DNA from: an uncultured Lysobacter sp.
GTDB lineage: Bacteria; Pseudomonadota; Gammaproteobacteria; Xanthomonadales; Xanthomonadaceae
NCBI GenBank assembly: GCA_966210725.1
Contig: CBIHLN010000004.1
Location: 1,132-65,131, forward strand
Length of the DNA stretch: 64,000 nt
Reading direction: 5' to 3'
Shown: in pieces, positions 7,953-17,115 of the stretch
Numbering within the stretch: position 1 is the stretch's first letter
Layout of the letters: the number at the start of each line of letters is the position of its first letter
Translations under genes and position numbers: made by a program
Notes under the pieces: generated by a model
Seen by the model: only the letters and a program-made list of their open reading frames with translations
Databases searched by the model: none
What the model was told of the DNA's origin: nothing

Positions 7953-10346
7953 TCATGCCAGAGGAGCTGATTGGCGGTGCGCGATCCGAGCACCTCGGCC
8001 GCCCAGTCGGAGCGCGTTCACTACGACCGACACGGAACTCAGGCTCATCGCCAGCGCCGCGATCATGGGCGTGAGCAGCCAGCCGGTCAGTGGGTAGAGG
8101 ACGCCGGCCGCGAGGGGGACGCCCAATGCGTTGTAGGCGAACGCGAACGCGAGGTTCTGGAGCATGTTGGCCACGGTGGCCTCCGACAGGGTGCGCGCGC
8201 GTGCGATGCCCCTCAGGTCTCCTTTGACCAGAGTCACTTGGGCGCTGGACATCGCGACGTCTGTGCCTGTGCCCATCGCAATGCCGACGTCTGCGGCGGC
8301 GAGCGCGGGAGCGTCGTTGATGCCGTCACCGGCCATGGCTACACGGCGCCCCTGTGTACGCAAGCGCTCGACCAACGCGACCTTGTCCGCGGGCCGCACC
8401 TCGCCGTGCACCTCCTTGATGCCGAGTTCCTTGGCAACGTGTTGCGCCGTTGCCAATCCATCGCCAGTTGCCATGACGATCTCTAGTCCCGCCTCACGCA
8501 ACTCGGAAATCGCCGCGGGTGTGGACTCCTTGATGGGGTCTGCCACGGCGACGACGCCGATCAGCTCTCCATGGGCGACCACATGCATGACGCTGGCACC
8601 TTCCGCGCGCAGTGCGTTGGCGCGTTCGGCTATCGGCGCGAGGTCGATGCCGAGTTCCTCCATCAATGCGGTGTTGCCGATAGCGACCGCGGTGCCGTCC
8701 ACCGTGCCACGAACCCCAATGCCAGTGACGGATTCGAAGTCTGAGGACGGCAAAAGATGAAGAGACCGTTCCTTGGCCTCCCTGACGATCGCCTCGGCCA
8801 GCGGATGTTCGCTGCCCTGATCGAGACTTGCCGCGAGCTGCAGCACGTCGTCCGCCGGCCGACCGCCTAAGGGGATGACGGTCCGGAATGCCGGACGCCC
8901 CTCGGTCAACGTGCCGGTCTTGTCGACCACGAGGGTGTCGATGGTTCTGAAGCGTTCGATCGCTTCGGCATCGCGAAACAGCACGCCGTGCTGCGCGGCC
9001 CGCCCCGTTGCCACCATGATGGACATGGGGGTGGCTAGGCCCAACGCGCACGGACAGGCGATGATCAGGACCGACACGGCATTCAGCACTGCGAACGTCC
9101 ACGCCGGCTCTGGGCCGAACAGGCCCCAAATGACGAACGTCGCGACGGCCACGCCGACCACTGCCAGTACGAACCAGTACGCCACCCGGTCCGCCATGCG
9201 TTGCATGGGCGCACGGGAGCGTTGGGCCTGCGCCACCAGCTGAACGATCTGCGCCAGGACCGTGCTGTCTCCCACCCGATCGGCGCGAATGACCAGGGTG
9301 CCGGTTCCGTTGATGGAGGCGCCGATCACCGGGTCACCGGGCCGTTTGCCCACCGGTATCGGCTCTCCTGTCAGCATCGACTCGTCCACGCTGCTCCCGC
9401 CCTCATCGACGGTCCCGTCGACCGGGACTTTCTCGCCGGGGCGCACACGCAACCGATCTCCCACGGAGACCACGGACAGCTCGACATCCGACTCTGTCCC
9501 GTCCGAATTGATGCGCCGCGCCGTCTTGGGCGCTAAGCCAAGGAGTGCCTTGATCGAGGCGCTGGTGCTGGCGCGGGCCTTGAGCTCCAGCACTTGGCCG
9601 AGCAGGGTAAGGGAGACGATGACAGCCGCGGCTTCGAAGTACACGCCGACGTGACCATGCACGCGGAAGGAGGCCGGGAAGAGATCCGGCGCACCGGTGG
9701 CCGTTACGCTGTAGCCGAATGCGGCCGCCACGCCAATCCCGATCAGCGTCCACATGTTGGGGCTGCGGTTGCGAATGGACTGCACGCATCGTGCAAAGAA
9801 GGGAAATCCTGCCCACAGGACAACGGGCGAGGCGAGGGCCAGCTCCAGCCAAGCCCGGGTAGCCGGTGGCAACCATCCCAGCCGCGGTCCCACCATGGCC
9901 AGAACCGCGACGATCACCGTGAGTGGGAGCGTCCACCAGAAGCGCCGCGAGAAGTCCTTGAGTTCGGGATTCTCTTCATCATCTAGGCCCGGCATCTCCG
10001 GCTCCAGAGCCATGCCGCAGATGGGGCAGGTCCCTGGGCCTTGTTGCCGGATCTGTGGATGCATTGGGCACGTGTAGATCGCGTCGGCGGCTGGACGTTC
10101 GCCTCCGTTGCGTACCTTCTGCCCCTCTGGCTGAAGGAACTGAATCGGATCGGAGTCGAATCGCGCCTTGCAGCGCGAGGAACAGAAGTAGAACCTATCG
10201 CCCGCGTGCTCGGACCGGTGGGTCGTCGTTGCGGGGTCGACGGTCATTCCGCAGACCGGGTCACGCGCGCCCCCGGACGGGGGCGGCGTGGCTTGGGTGA
10301 CGGTTCCGTGCCTTTGGGCAGATGTAGAGGCCATGTCAGCAGTCAT
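7953..10346 (-). CDS. Copper-translocating P1B-type ATPase with N-terminal TRASH/YHS-like and CPxxxxCxxC metal-binding modules (Xanthomonas CopF-type)
   Basis: 797 aa. Motifs seen: [18 protein letters not shown]; [22 protein letters not shown]; TM6 CPC ([13 protein letters not shown]); DKTGTLT; [10 protein letters not shown]. Confidence 0.92.
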   Translation of the reverse strand: MTADMASTSAQRHGTVTQATPPPSGGARDPVCGMTVDPATTTHRSEHAGDRFYFCSSRCKARFDSDPIQFLQPEGQKVRNGGERPAADAIYTCPMHPQIRQQGPGTCPICGMALEPEMPGLDDEENPELKDFSRRFWWTLPLTVIVAVLAMVGPRLGWLPPATRAWLELALASPVVLWAGFPFFARCVQSIRNRSPNMWTLIGIGVAAAFGYSVTATGAPDLFPASFRVHGHVGVYFEAAAVIVSLTLLGQVLELKARASTSASIKALLGLAPKTARRINSDGTESDVELSVVSVGDRLRVRPGEKVPVDGTVDEGGSSVDESMLTGEPIPVGKRPGDPVIGASINGTGTLVIRADRVGDSTVLAQIVQLVAQAQRSRAPMQRMADRVAYWFVLAVVGVAVATFVIWGLFGPEPAWTFAVLNAVSVLIIACPCALGLATPMSIMVATGRAAQHGVLFRDAEAIERFRTIDTLVVDKTGTLTEGRPAFRTVIPLGGRPADDVLQLAASLDQGSEHPLAEAIVREAKERSLHLLPSSDFESVTGIGVRGTVDGTAVAIGNTALMEELGIDLAPIAERANALRAEGASVMHVVAHGELIGVVAVADPIKESTPAAISELREAGLEIVMATGDGLATAQHVAKELGIKEVHGEVRPADKVALVERLRTQGRRVAMAGDGINDAPALAAADVGIAMGTGTDVAMSSAQVTLVKGDLRGIARARTLSEATVANMLQNLAFAFAYNALGVPLAAGVLYPLTGWLLTPMIAALAMSLSSVSVVVNALRLGGRGARIAHRQSAPLA

Positions 10347-10804
10347 CTCTGAGGGGGCGCTGCTTCAAGTTCGGCGATCAGGCGCTTCATCTCAGCGATC
10401 TCACGGCGCTGCGCCTCGATGATTTCATCGGCCAGTTCCCGCACGCGCGGGTCTCGGATCCTCGCCCGCTCACTGGTAAGGATGGCAATGGAGTGGTGCG
10501 GGATCATCGCGCGCATGTAGGACACGTCGTCCACCGTGCGCTGGCTGCGTACCAGCCAGAGGGCGCCCACGAACACGACTGCTGCAGCGATGACGATCGT
10601 CACGTTCTTCCGTCGGTCCTCGTACATGTGCAACATGAAGAGCAGCATGACGATCGCCATGCCGGCACCCATGATCAGCGCCATGTAGGCACGCGTCTCA
10701 GAGAAGAGGACGTGGCTGGCCTGATAGGTGTGCAGATACATCAGGCCGAACATCACCAGTGTGGACGTGGCGATCATCACGGCGAAGCGGACGTATTTGC
10801 TCAT
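10343..10804 (-). CDS. DUF305-domain membrane protein
   Basis: 153 aa from ATG 10804 ([16 protein letters not shown]...). Hydrophobic helices are followed by [33 protein letters not shown]. It overlaps the ATPase start by 4 nt. Confidence 0.75.
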   Translation of the reverse strand: MSKYVRFAVMIATSTLVMFGLMYLHTYQASHVLFSETRAYMALIMGAGMAIVMLLFMLHMYEDRRKNVTIVIAAAVVFVGALWLVRSQRTVDDVSYMRAMIPHHSIAILTSERARIRDPRVRELADEIIEAQRREIAEMKRLIAELEAAPPQR

Positions 10805-10832
10805 TGGACTCTCCTGTTCCTGGGGCGGGGCT

Positions 10833-11159
10833 TCAAGGCATCTGGCGGCACGCTTCCGCACACCGACGGCAGGCCTCAGCACAGCGCTGGCAGTGCTCCA
10901 TGTCATGCGCGGCGCACTGTTCGGCGCACCACTCGCAGATCCTTGCGCACAACTCGCAGATCTCCTTGGCGAATGGGCTGTTGCGTGCCAGGGCATCGGC
11001 ACAAAGGCGGCACAGGTCTGCGCACTCGATACAGCAGGCGGGGCAGGCGTTGCTGCTCTCCTTGCCGACCATGTGGCTGAAGCAGTTGCCGCACTCGCTC
11101 GCACAGTCATTGCAGGCCGCGATGCAATCACGGACGGCTTGGGTGAGGTGGTGACTCAT
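10833..11159 (-). CDS. Cys-rich four-helix-bundle copper-binding protein (DUF326 type), with no signal peptide
   Basis: 108 aa with about 21 Cys, mostly in CxxxC/CxxC spacing (DCIAACNDCASECGNC..CPACCIECADLCRLC..CELCARICEWCAEQC..CQRCAEACRRCAEAC). Confidence 0.8.
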   Translation of the reverse strand: MSHHLTQAVRDCIAACNDCASECGNCFSHMVGKESSNACPACCIECADLCRLCADALARNSPFAKEICELCARICEWCAEQCAAHDMEHCQRCAEACRRCAEACRQMP

Positions 11160-11256
11160 GGTGGACTCCTTTTTCAGGGGGTGGCCGGGATTGGCCCCGG
11201 CAGCCAGTTATCGCGCCATGCGTGGACTGCCCGGTGTGGAGCACCAGCGCGAAAGA

Positions 11257-11829
11257 TCAGTGGTGGCCATGATCAGAAAACGGAGAGGTTGTGCCGTCGG
11301 CGTGCACCAACTCGACGGTGTAGGGGTCGATGCGCCCATCGGGCATTTCCATGCCGGGGGAGCCGGCCGGCATTCCCGGCAAGGCCAGGCCGAGCGCGTC
11401 GGGCTGTTCGGCCAGCAGCCGCTTGACGTCATCGGCGGGCACATGCCCTTCGATGAAATAGCGGCCAACCTGGGCGGTGTGGCAGGATCCTTTGCCGGGT
11501 GGGACCCCGACTTCCTCCTTGATGGGATTGAGGTCGGTGACATCCCGGACGTCGACCGGGAAACCGGCGGCCTGCATGTGCTCCACCCACAGCTTGCAGC
11601 ACCCGCACGTCGCGGTCTTGTGCACCACCATGGCCGGCAGATTAGCGGGCACCGTGTCCTGCGTGCGCACCGAAGGCGCAGCCGAGGCATCCGACGCCTG
11701 ATTCGCACTCTGGGCCATGCGCGGGGCGGGGGCAGTGCCCGAGACATCCGGGCCCGGGGTCTCGGCAGCGCAGGCGGCGGCAAGCCCGGCAATGACCAGC
11801 AGTGAGGCCGCCCGTATCGAAGAAGCCAT
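11257..11829 (-). CDS. DUF411 (CopG-type) periplasmic metal-binding protein
   Basis: Signal or lipobox-like N-terminus (LLVIAGLAAACA). Motifs ATCGCCKLWVEHM, GSCHTAQV and the Met-rich GMPAGSPGMEMP are present. ATG 11829 is preferred (GAGG 9 nt upstream); ATG 11838 is the alternative. Confidence 0.75.
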   Translation of the reverse strand: MASSIRAASLLVIAGLAAACAAETPGPDVSGTAPAPRMAQSANQASDASAAPSVRTQDTVPANLPAMVVHKTATCGCCKLWVEHMQAAGFPVDVRDVTDLNPIKEEVGVPPGKGSCHTAQVGRYFIEGHVPADDVKRLLAEQPDALGLALPGMPAGSPGMEMPDGRIDPYTVELVHADGTTSPFSDHGHH

Positions 11830-11843
11830 GGCAATCATCCTCG

Positions 11844-12350
11844 TTACTTCTTGGGTCGTGACGACCAGTGGATATGGACGATGCGCCAACCGTCGGCGGT
11901 GTTGTTGAGGACCATGGTTTCCGTGCTCAGAAGCGTCATCGGCTTGCCGTCTTTGCTGGCATGAAGCTCGCTTTCGCTGGCCACCCAGGCGGTGTCGCCA
12001 TCGACACGCGCCTTGCGGCGGGACAGGGCGGAATGAGTGCCGGACAGAAACTTCGCGTCCGAACGCGCGTGGTGGCCGAGATACTCCTCGCGACTGCGTT
12101 CGGCACCGCCCGTCTCCAGGATGATTACGGCGGGGTCAAGCAGGGCCTCGACCTGATCGAAGTCGGAAGCTGACAGCGCTTTACCGAACGCATCAACCAC
12201 GGCAACCGCCGCCAGCGCGTCTTGCGGCACATCCACCGCGGGAGTGCTGGCGGCAGACCCATGGGCGTGCCCCGCGTTCGTTTGGGCAAGGGCCGCTGCC
12301 GGCAGAGCCAGTGCAAGGGCGAGACTGATAACGGTGAATGGATGCTTCAT
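11844..12350 (-). CDS. Secreted NTF2-like (SnoaL/DUF4440-type) protein
   Basis: 168 aa from ATG 12350. It has a signal peptide (MKHPFTVISLALALALPAAALA). The C-terminus WRIVHIHWSS and overall pattern are NTF2-like. Confidence 0.6.
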   Translation of the reverse strand: MKHPFTVISLALALALPAAALAQTNAGHAHGSAASTPAVDVPQDALAAVAVVDAFGKALSASDFDQVEALLDPAVIILETGGAERSREEYLGHHARSDAKFLSGTHSALSRRKARVDGDTAWVASESELHASKDGKPMTLLSTETMVLNNTADGWRIVHIHWSSRPKK

Positions 12351-12378
12351 CGGAGTGCTCCGTTGTGTCGTGGCAGGG

Positions 12379-13278
12379 TCAGTGCTGATGGTCATGGCCG
12401 TCCTCGTGGACCCCGGTCGGCGGTGGTCCCGCCTCATCGGTCGCGGTCGGAGCGGGTTCGGGTTCTGGCTTGCGGGCCGGCTGCGCTGCAGGCTCCGGAG
12501 TCGAGACCGCTGCGGGGCCGTGGTGGTCGGCTGGCGTTCCCGGCGGGTGTTCATGCGGCGCGCTTGCGGGCTTCGCGGGTGGACTGGCGGCGTGGTCCAT
12601 ACGTGCGTTCGGTTGCGCCGGTGCTTCGTGATGCGGCGGTGTGCCCGGCGGATGCGCGTGAGGCGCGCTACCCGTGGCTGCCGGGGCCTGCGCATGGTGA
12701 TCATCGGGGGTGCCCGGTGCATGGTCGTGGGGTTCGGTTTCACCGCCCCCGTGGTCATGGCCGCCACTGCTGTCCACCATCGACTGGTAGCCCTCTGCGG
12801 TGAGGCTGGGGAGCTCCTGCAGGAACGCCGCCATGTTCCAGATGTACTCGTCGTCCATGCTTTGGCCCCACGCCGGCATGCCCGAAGCTTTGATGCCGTG
12901 CTTGATGACCCAGAAAGCCTCCGCCGCCTCCACGGTGGCCCGGCTGAGGTTCGGCGGGGCAGGGTAGAGCCCCCGGCTCATTTCCGTTCCGTCCATGCCC
13001 GGTGCCAGATGGCACCCCATGCACATCGCGTTGTAATTGCCAGAACCCTGCACGATGCGCTCGCGGTCCATCAGGTCGGCAGGCACTTCGAGCCGGCCCG
13101 CCCGGGACGTAATCGAGCGTTCCCGCATGGTTTCCAGCAAGGTGTAGACCGGTGTTGTATGCGGATCGTCGGCGGCCACGTTGTAGAACCCCGACCAGAT
13201 GAAGCCGCCCACGGCGGCGACGGCCAGCCCCGACAGAATCCCGAGCGTCAACAGCGTCTTTCGTGTCACAAATGCCAT
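12379..13278 (-). CDS. Membrane-anchored c-type cytochrome with a His/Pro-rich C-terminal tail (CopM-like)
   Basis: Heme motif CMGCH. Downstream IKHGIKASGMPAW supplies the likely Met ligand. The tail has three H-x-H-PPGTP-x-x-HH-like repeats and ends HEDGHDHQH. ATG 13278 was chosen. Confidence 0.75.
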   Translation of the reverse strand: MAFVTRKTLLTLGILSGLAVAAVGGFIWSGFYNVAADDPHTTPVYTLLETMRERSITSRAGRLEVPADLMDRERIVQGSGNYNAMCMGCHLAPGMDGTEMSRGLYPAPPNLSRATVEAAEAFWVIKHGIKASGMPAWGQSMDDEYIWNMAAFLQELPSLTAEGYQSMVDSSGGHDHGGGETEPHDHAPGTPDDHHAQAPAATGSAPHAHPPGTPPHHEAPAQPNARMDHAASPPAKPASAPHEHPPGTPADHHGPAAVSTPEPAAQPARKPEPEPAPTATDEAGPPPTGVHEDGHDHQH

Positions 13279-13298
13279 GTTGGTAAATCCCCTGTGCT

Positions 13299-14585
13299 TT
13301 AGAACCACGTGCGGAGCCCGACAACGAATCGGGTGTCATCGACTTCACCGCCAAGCGCCTTGCGAAAGTCTGCGGTCTGGCCGAACACGCGCTCTCGCAC
13401 GACGCCGATGTAGGGCGCGAACTTCCGAGTGAACTCGTATCGCAGTCGGAAGCCAGCTTCCACCTTGCTCACTCCGGAGCCAATGCCACGTGCGAAATTG
13501 TCCTCGCCCCAAGCCTCGGCCTCGATGACGGACTGAAGGATCAGCCGGTTGGTAAACAGCGTCTCGTACTCGGCTTCCACGCCCAGGCCTGTTTGACCCG
13601 ACTCGCCTACGTACGCCGTCGCCTCTACCTCGAACATGTACGGCGCCAAGCCCATGACACCCAGCGCGATAAAGGTCTGGGACGGGTCTTCACCGAAGTC
13701 ATGGCGCACACCCACGACGGCATCCCACCAGCGCGCAACGGCGCGTCCGTACAACAGTTCGACGTTGCCCGACTCAACGCTGCCGCCCTCCGCTTCGCCT
13801 TCGCTGCGTATCCAGGCGCGATCCAGGTCGGTGCCGATCCAGCCGGTACCTTCCCAAGCGAGGGGCGTGCCGTCGTCGCCGTCCCATGTCTCCAGCCGAT
13901 CCGCCAGTGCAAACCAGTGGACCGCGGTGTCGTGCACGGCGTGACCGGCAACGTCAGGGAAGGCCGCGACGCGATCGGCATCCGTCAGCGGGGGAATGGG
14001 CTCCAGCGGCGCGGCCGTTGGCGGCAGGTCGGTCGTCGCTGTGCCTGAGGGTCCGCGTCCCATCGCAGCGTGGTCTACGTCAGCGTCCTGCTTCACAAGC
14101 GGCGTGCCATGGCCCATTGCTGCGTGATCGACCTCGGACGCAGGAGGGGGCGACATGGCATGCCCCATCTTGTAGTGGTCCATACCCTCGTGGGGGTCGG
14201 CCGATTCGCCGTGCCCCGTGTCCGCGTGTTCTTGAACTGCCTCGTCCTTCGGGACTACGGGCGATTGGCCCATCGCGGCATGGTTGACCTCGGGCTGCTC
14301 GCCTTGTGTCGGGGTCCCGTGGCCCATCGCGGCATGGTCGACGTCCTCCCCGCTCGGTGCGACCGGCGTTTCGGGGCCGCTTTGAGCAGTTTGGTCGTGA
14401 TCGGATTCGCTCTGCAGTTGCTGTAGCGCATCGTCGGCGTGCGCGTCCTGGGTGGATTGCCTGTGTGGAGCGTGCGCCAAGTGGTCCATATCCTGCGCAG
14501 CAACTACGACCGGGACCAGCCCCAGCGCCAGTGCAACGGCCATGCGAAGTGCCGTGGTCCCACGGGTCAAGGTGATGGTGGTCAT
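13299..14585 (-). CDS. copB: Copper resistance outer-membrane protein CopB
   Basis: 428 aa from ATG 14585, with a signal peptide. It has a Met/His-rich N-terminal region with repeated DHAAMGHG motifs and a beta-barrel-type C-terminus ending FVVGLRTWF. It lies immediately downstream of copA. Confidence 0.85.
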   Translation of the reverse strand: MTTITLTRGTTALRMAVALALGLVPVVVAAQDMDHLAHAPHRQSTQDAHADDALQQLQSESDHDQTAQSGPETPVAPSGEDVDHAAMGHGTPTQGEQPEVNHAAMGQSPVVPKDEAVQEHADTGHGESADPHEGMDHYKMGHAMSPPPASEVDHAAMGHGTPLVKQDADVDHAAMGRGPSGTATTDLPPTAAPLEPIPPLTDADRVAAFPDVAGHAVHDTAVHWFALADRLETWDGDDGTPLAWEGTGWIGTDLDRAWIRSEGEAEGGSVESGNVELLYGRAVARWWDAVVGVRHDFGEDPSQTFIALGVMGLAPYMFEVEATAYVGESGQTGLGVEAEYETLFTNRLILQSVIEAEAWGEDNFARGIGSGVSKVEAGFRLRYEFTRKFAPYIGVVRERVFGQTADFRKALGGEVDDTRFVVGLRTWF

Positions 14586-14590
14586 GGTGT

Positions 14591-16399
14591 TCACTCCCTC
14601 ACCGCCACTTCGCGGAACATGCCCGCTTCCATGTGGTAGAGCAGGTGGCAGTGGAATGCCCACCGGCCCAGCGCGTCGGCACGCACGCGATAGCTGCGCC
14701 TTGTGCCGGGTGGCATGTCGACGGTGTGCTTTCGGACCTGGAACTGCCCGTTCTCGTCCTCGACATCGCTCCACATGCCGTGCAGATGTATCGGGTGGGT
14801 CATCATCGTGTCGTTGACGAGCACGATCCGCATGCGCTCGCCGTAGTTGAGGCGCAGCGGTTCGGCGTCCGAGAACTTCACTCCGTCGAACGACCAGGCA
14901 AAGCGTTCCATGTGGCCCGTGAGGTGAAGTTCGATTTCACGACCCGGCGCGCGCCCGTCGGGGTCTGCGAACGTGCTTCGGAGATCCGAATAGGTGAGTA
15001 CCCGGCGGCCGTTGTCACGCAGGCCGATGCCTGGGTCGTCGAGCTTGGGTGCGGGCGACATGGTCTGCATGTCGACCAGCGGGTTGCCATCCTCGCTTCG
15101 CGGATGGGTTTGCATGGCACCGTCGCCGTGGTCCATGCCGGTCATCGCGGCCATGCCGTGGCCCGAGTGGTCCATGCCGGCCATCGCGCCGTCCGACATG
15201 GCGGACATGTCATGCCCGCCTTCCATTCCGCCATGGCCCATATCGGCCATGGTCAGCCGCGGCACCGGGTCCACCGCCGGGATCGGCGCGCGCAGGCCTT
15301 CGTGAGTCGCCAAGGTGCCGCTGACGTACCCGGTGCGGCCCATGTCTTGGGCGAAAATCGTAAACGCGTCCTGCCCTGACGGCTCCACGATTATATCGAA
15401 GGTTTCCGCGACGGCGATGCGGAACTCGTCCACCGACACCGGGTGCACGTACTGGCCATCGGCCGCGACCACGGTCATCTTCAATCCGGGGATGCGCACG
15501 TCGAAGTACGTCATCGCCGATCCATTAATGAAGCGCAGGCGCAGTTTTTCGCCCGAGCGGAACAGCCCGGTCCAGTTGCCCAGCGCCGTGGTCCCATTCA
15601 TCAGGTATGTGTAGGTATTGGCGTTAACGTCGGCAAGGTCGGTTGGCGTCATGCGCATCTGGCCCCACATCAGCCGATCGTCGATCGTTTCTGACAACCC
15701 GTTTCGTTGCGCGTCCCGAACGAAATCCCCTACCGTGAGCTTGTTGAAGTTGTCGTGGTCGGACATCTTCTTCAGACGCACGAACAACTCGTCCGGCGCC
15801 AGGTCGGTCCAGTCGCTCAGCAGGACCACGTAATCGCGGTCGTAGGTGAAAGGCTCCGGTTCGGCCGAGTCGATGATGAGCGCGCCATACAGGCCAGCCT
15901 GCTCTTGGAACGCCGAATGGCTGTGGTACCAGTAGGTACCGCCCTGGTTCACGTCGAACCGGTAGTGGTAGGTCTCACCACGTCCGATGCCGTCGAAGCT
16001 CAGGCCGGGTACGCCATCCATGTTGGCCGGCAGCAGAATGCCGTGCCAATGGATAGAGGTCTGGTGGCCGTGGATCGAGCCAAGCGGCAACGCATTTGAG
16101 ACGAACAGGTCAACCGTGGTGCCTTCGCGCCAGCGCAGGATCGGTGCCGGCACCGTGCCGTTAACGGTGATGGCCGGGCGGACGCGCCCGGTGAAGTCCA
16201 TCGGCGTCTCGCCGATCGTCAGGTCGAAGCGGGTGCCCGCCAGCACGTTCTTCTGGCCAGGGGACTTCAGCGCCCATAAGGGCTTGGGCCAAAGGCCAAG
16301 GCTGGCGACCGCGCCACCGGCGGCGAGGCCTTGGATGAAACGTCGCCGCGACGGTGCAGGCAGTAGGCCTGAACCCGAATCGCGAGGAGGAAAGGACAT
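14591..16399 (-). CDS. copA: Copper resistance multicopper oxidase CopA (Tat-exported)
   Basis: Twin-arginine leader SRRRFIQGLAAGG. Copper-ligand motifs are SIHWHGILLP, YWYHSH and HCHLLYHMEAGM. It has a Met-rich insert (MADMGHGGMEGGHDMSAMSDGAMAGMDHSGHGMAAMTGMDH). ATG 16399 has GGAG 7 nt upstream. Confidence 0.92.
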   Translation of the reverse strand: MSFPPRDSGSGLLPAPSRRRFIQGLAAGGAVASLGLWPKPLWALKSPGQKNVLAGTRFDLTIGETPMDFTGRVRPAITVNGTVPAPILRWREGTTVDLFVSNALPLGSIHGHQTSIHWHGILLPANMDGVPGLSFDGIGRGETYHYRFDVNQGGTYWYHSHSAFQEQAGLYGALIIDSAEPEPFTYDRDYVVLLSDWTDLAPDELFVRLKKMSDHDNFNKLTVGDFVRDAQRNGLSETIDDRLMWGQMRMTPTDLADVNANTYTYLMNGTTALGNWTGLFRSGEKLRLRFINGSAMTYFDVRIPGLKMTVVAADGQYVHPVSVDEFRIAVAETFDIIVEPSGQDAFTIFAQDMGRTGYVSGTLATHEGLRAPIPAVDPVPRLTMADMGHGGMEGGHDMSAMSDGAMAGMDHSGHGMAAMTGMDHGDGAMQTHPRSEDGNPLVDMQTMSPAPKLDDPGIGLRDNGRRVLTYSDLRSTFADPDGRAPGREIELHLTGHMERFAWSFDGVKFSDAEPLRLNYGERMRIVLVNDTMMTHPIHLHGMWSDVEDENGQFQVRKHTVDMPPGTRRSYRVRADALGRWAFHCHLLYHMEAGMFREVAVRE

Positions 16400-16513
16400 G
16401 GTCGAACTCCACGTAAGCATCGATGGGCGGCCTCAACGAGGGAGACCGCGCGAGTCGCCGTGCTGGCAGCGGGCCAGCCACGAACGTCCAGCGCCGACGG
16501 CGCAACGAAATGC

Positions 16514-16987
16514 TTAGCCGATGGGAGGTCGAATCAGATGGGGGAGTGCCGGCGGCGCATGGCTCGCCTGCATGCGTCCACTGCTGGACGCATGTTCGAT
16601 CACGGTGGGTACAACAGTGATGGCACGCACCATGGCGTGGCAGGTGTGCATGCAGGAGCACCGGCAGGTGCCGTCCTCGCAGCAGTCGCCGTCGTGGGAC
16701 GCGTGAACAGTGCTTGCGTCTTCAGAGGAGTCCAGCAAGTCCACAGAGCGGGCATCGCCATGATTGCCGTGCGTCGCATTGTGGGCATGCCCGGTTGTGG
16801 GTGCCGGTTCGTCCCCTGAGGAGGTGTGGCATGACGCGGCCGGACCATCCTTCATAACCACAACCCCGGCGGGCGAACCCTCGCTGAGCCCGTGCCCCAT
16901 CTGCACCGTGGCCATTGCCGGTACTGCGCCATTGAGCGCCAAAGCGGCGATCAGGAGCATTCGCAGAAGTGTGGGCCAAAAACGCAT
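16514..16987 (-). CDS. copL: CopL-like small His/Cys-rich protein upstream of copAB
   Basis: 157 aa from ATG 16987 (MRFWPTLLRMLLIAALALNG...). The central region is His-rich and the Cys cluster is CCEDGTCRCSCMHTCH. The C-terminus is LIRPPIG. The position upstream of copAB matches Xanthomonas copL. Confidence 0.6.
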   Translation of the reverse strand: MRFWPTLLRMLLIAALALNGAVPAMATVQMGHGLSEGSPAGVVVMKDGPAASCHTSSGDEPAPTTGHAHNATHGNHGDARSVDLLDSSEDASTVHASHDGDCCEDGTCRCSCMHTCHAMVRAITVVPTVIEHASSSGRMQASHAPPALPHLIRPPIG

Positions 16988-17115
16988 ACGGGCAACTCTA
17001 CCTGCCAACGAGGGTGGAAAACGTACAGAAGCTGTGAAGAACTGCCTCCGAAGGCACAACGTACGTAATCACGAATGAAATTGTGTACTCCTTGGAGCCT
17101 CGCTACGATGCCCGG

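Noticed and set aside
7945-7975. GGGGTC... sequence at the 3' end of the ATPase gene, resembling the GGGG start of Tn3-family inverted repeats.
   Set aside because: No matching inverted copy was found at the other border or elsewhere in the window. No transposase or resolvase is present. The sequence is simply the ATPase stop-codon region.
10805-11131. N-terminal 109-aa extension of the DUF305 ORF (track ORF 10343-11131).
   Set aside because: The extension overlaps the Cys-rich DUF326 gene in another frame and is Ala/Ser/Arg-rich. An internal ATG at 10804 gives a normal-length DUF305 protein. Similar GC-driven extensions were trimmed for copB, the NTF2-like gene, hsdM, metX, ccmB, ccmE, ccmG and the SDR (59537-60895).
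14040-14400. Repetitive DNA that at first glance looked like a tandem-repeat or VNTR-type non-coding array.
   Set aside because: It is in frame within copB and encodes the reiterated DHAAMGHG metal-binding motif. It is not a CRISPR or satellite array.
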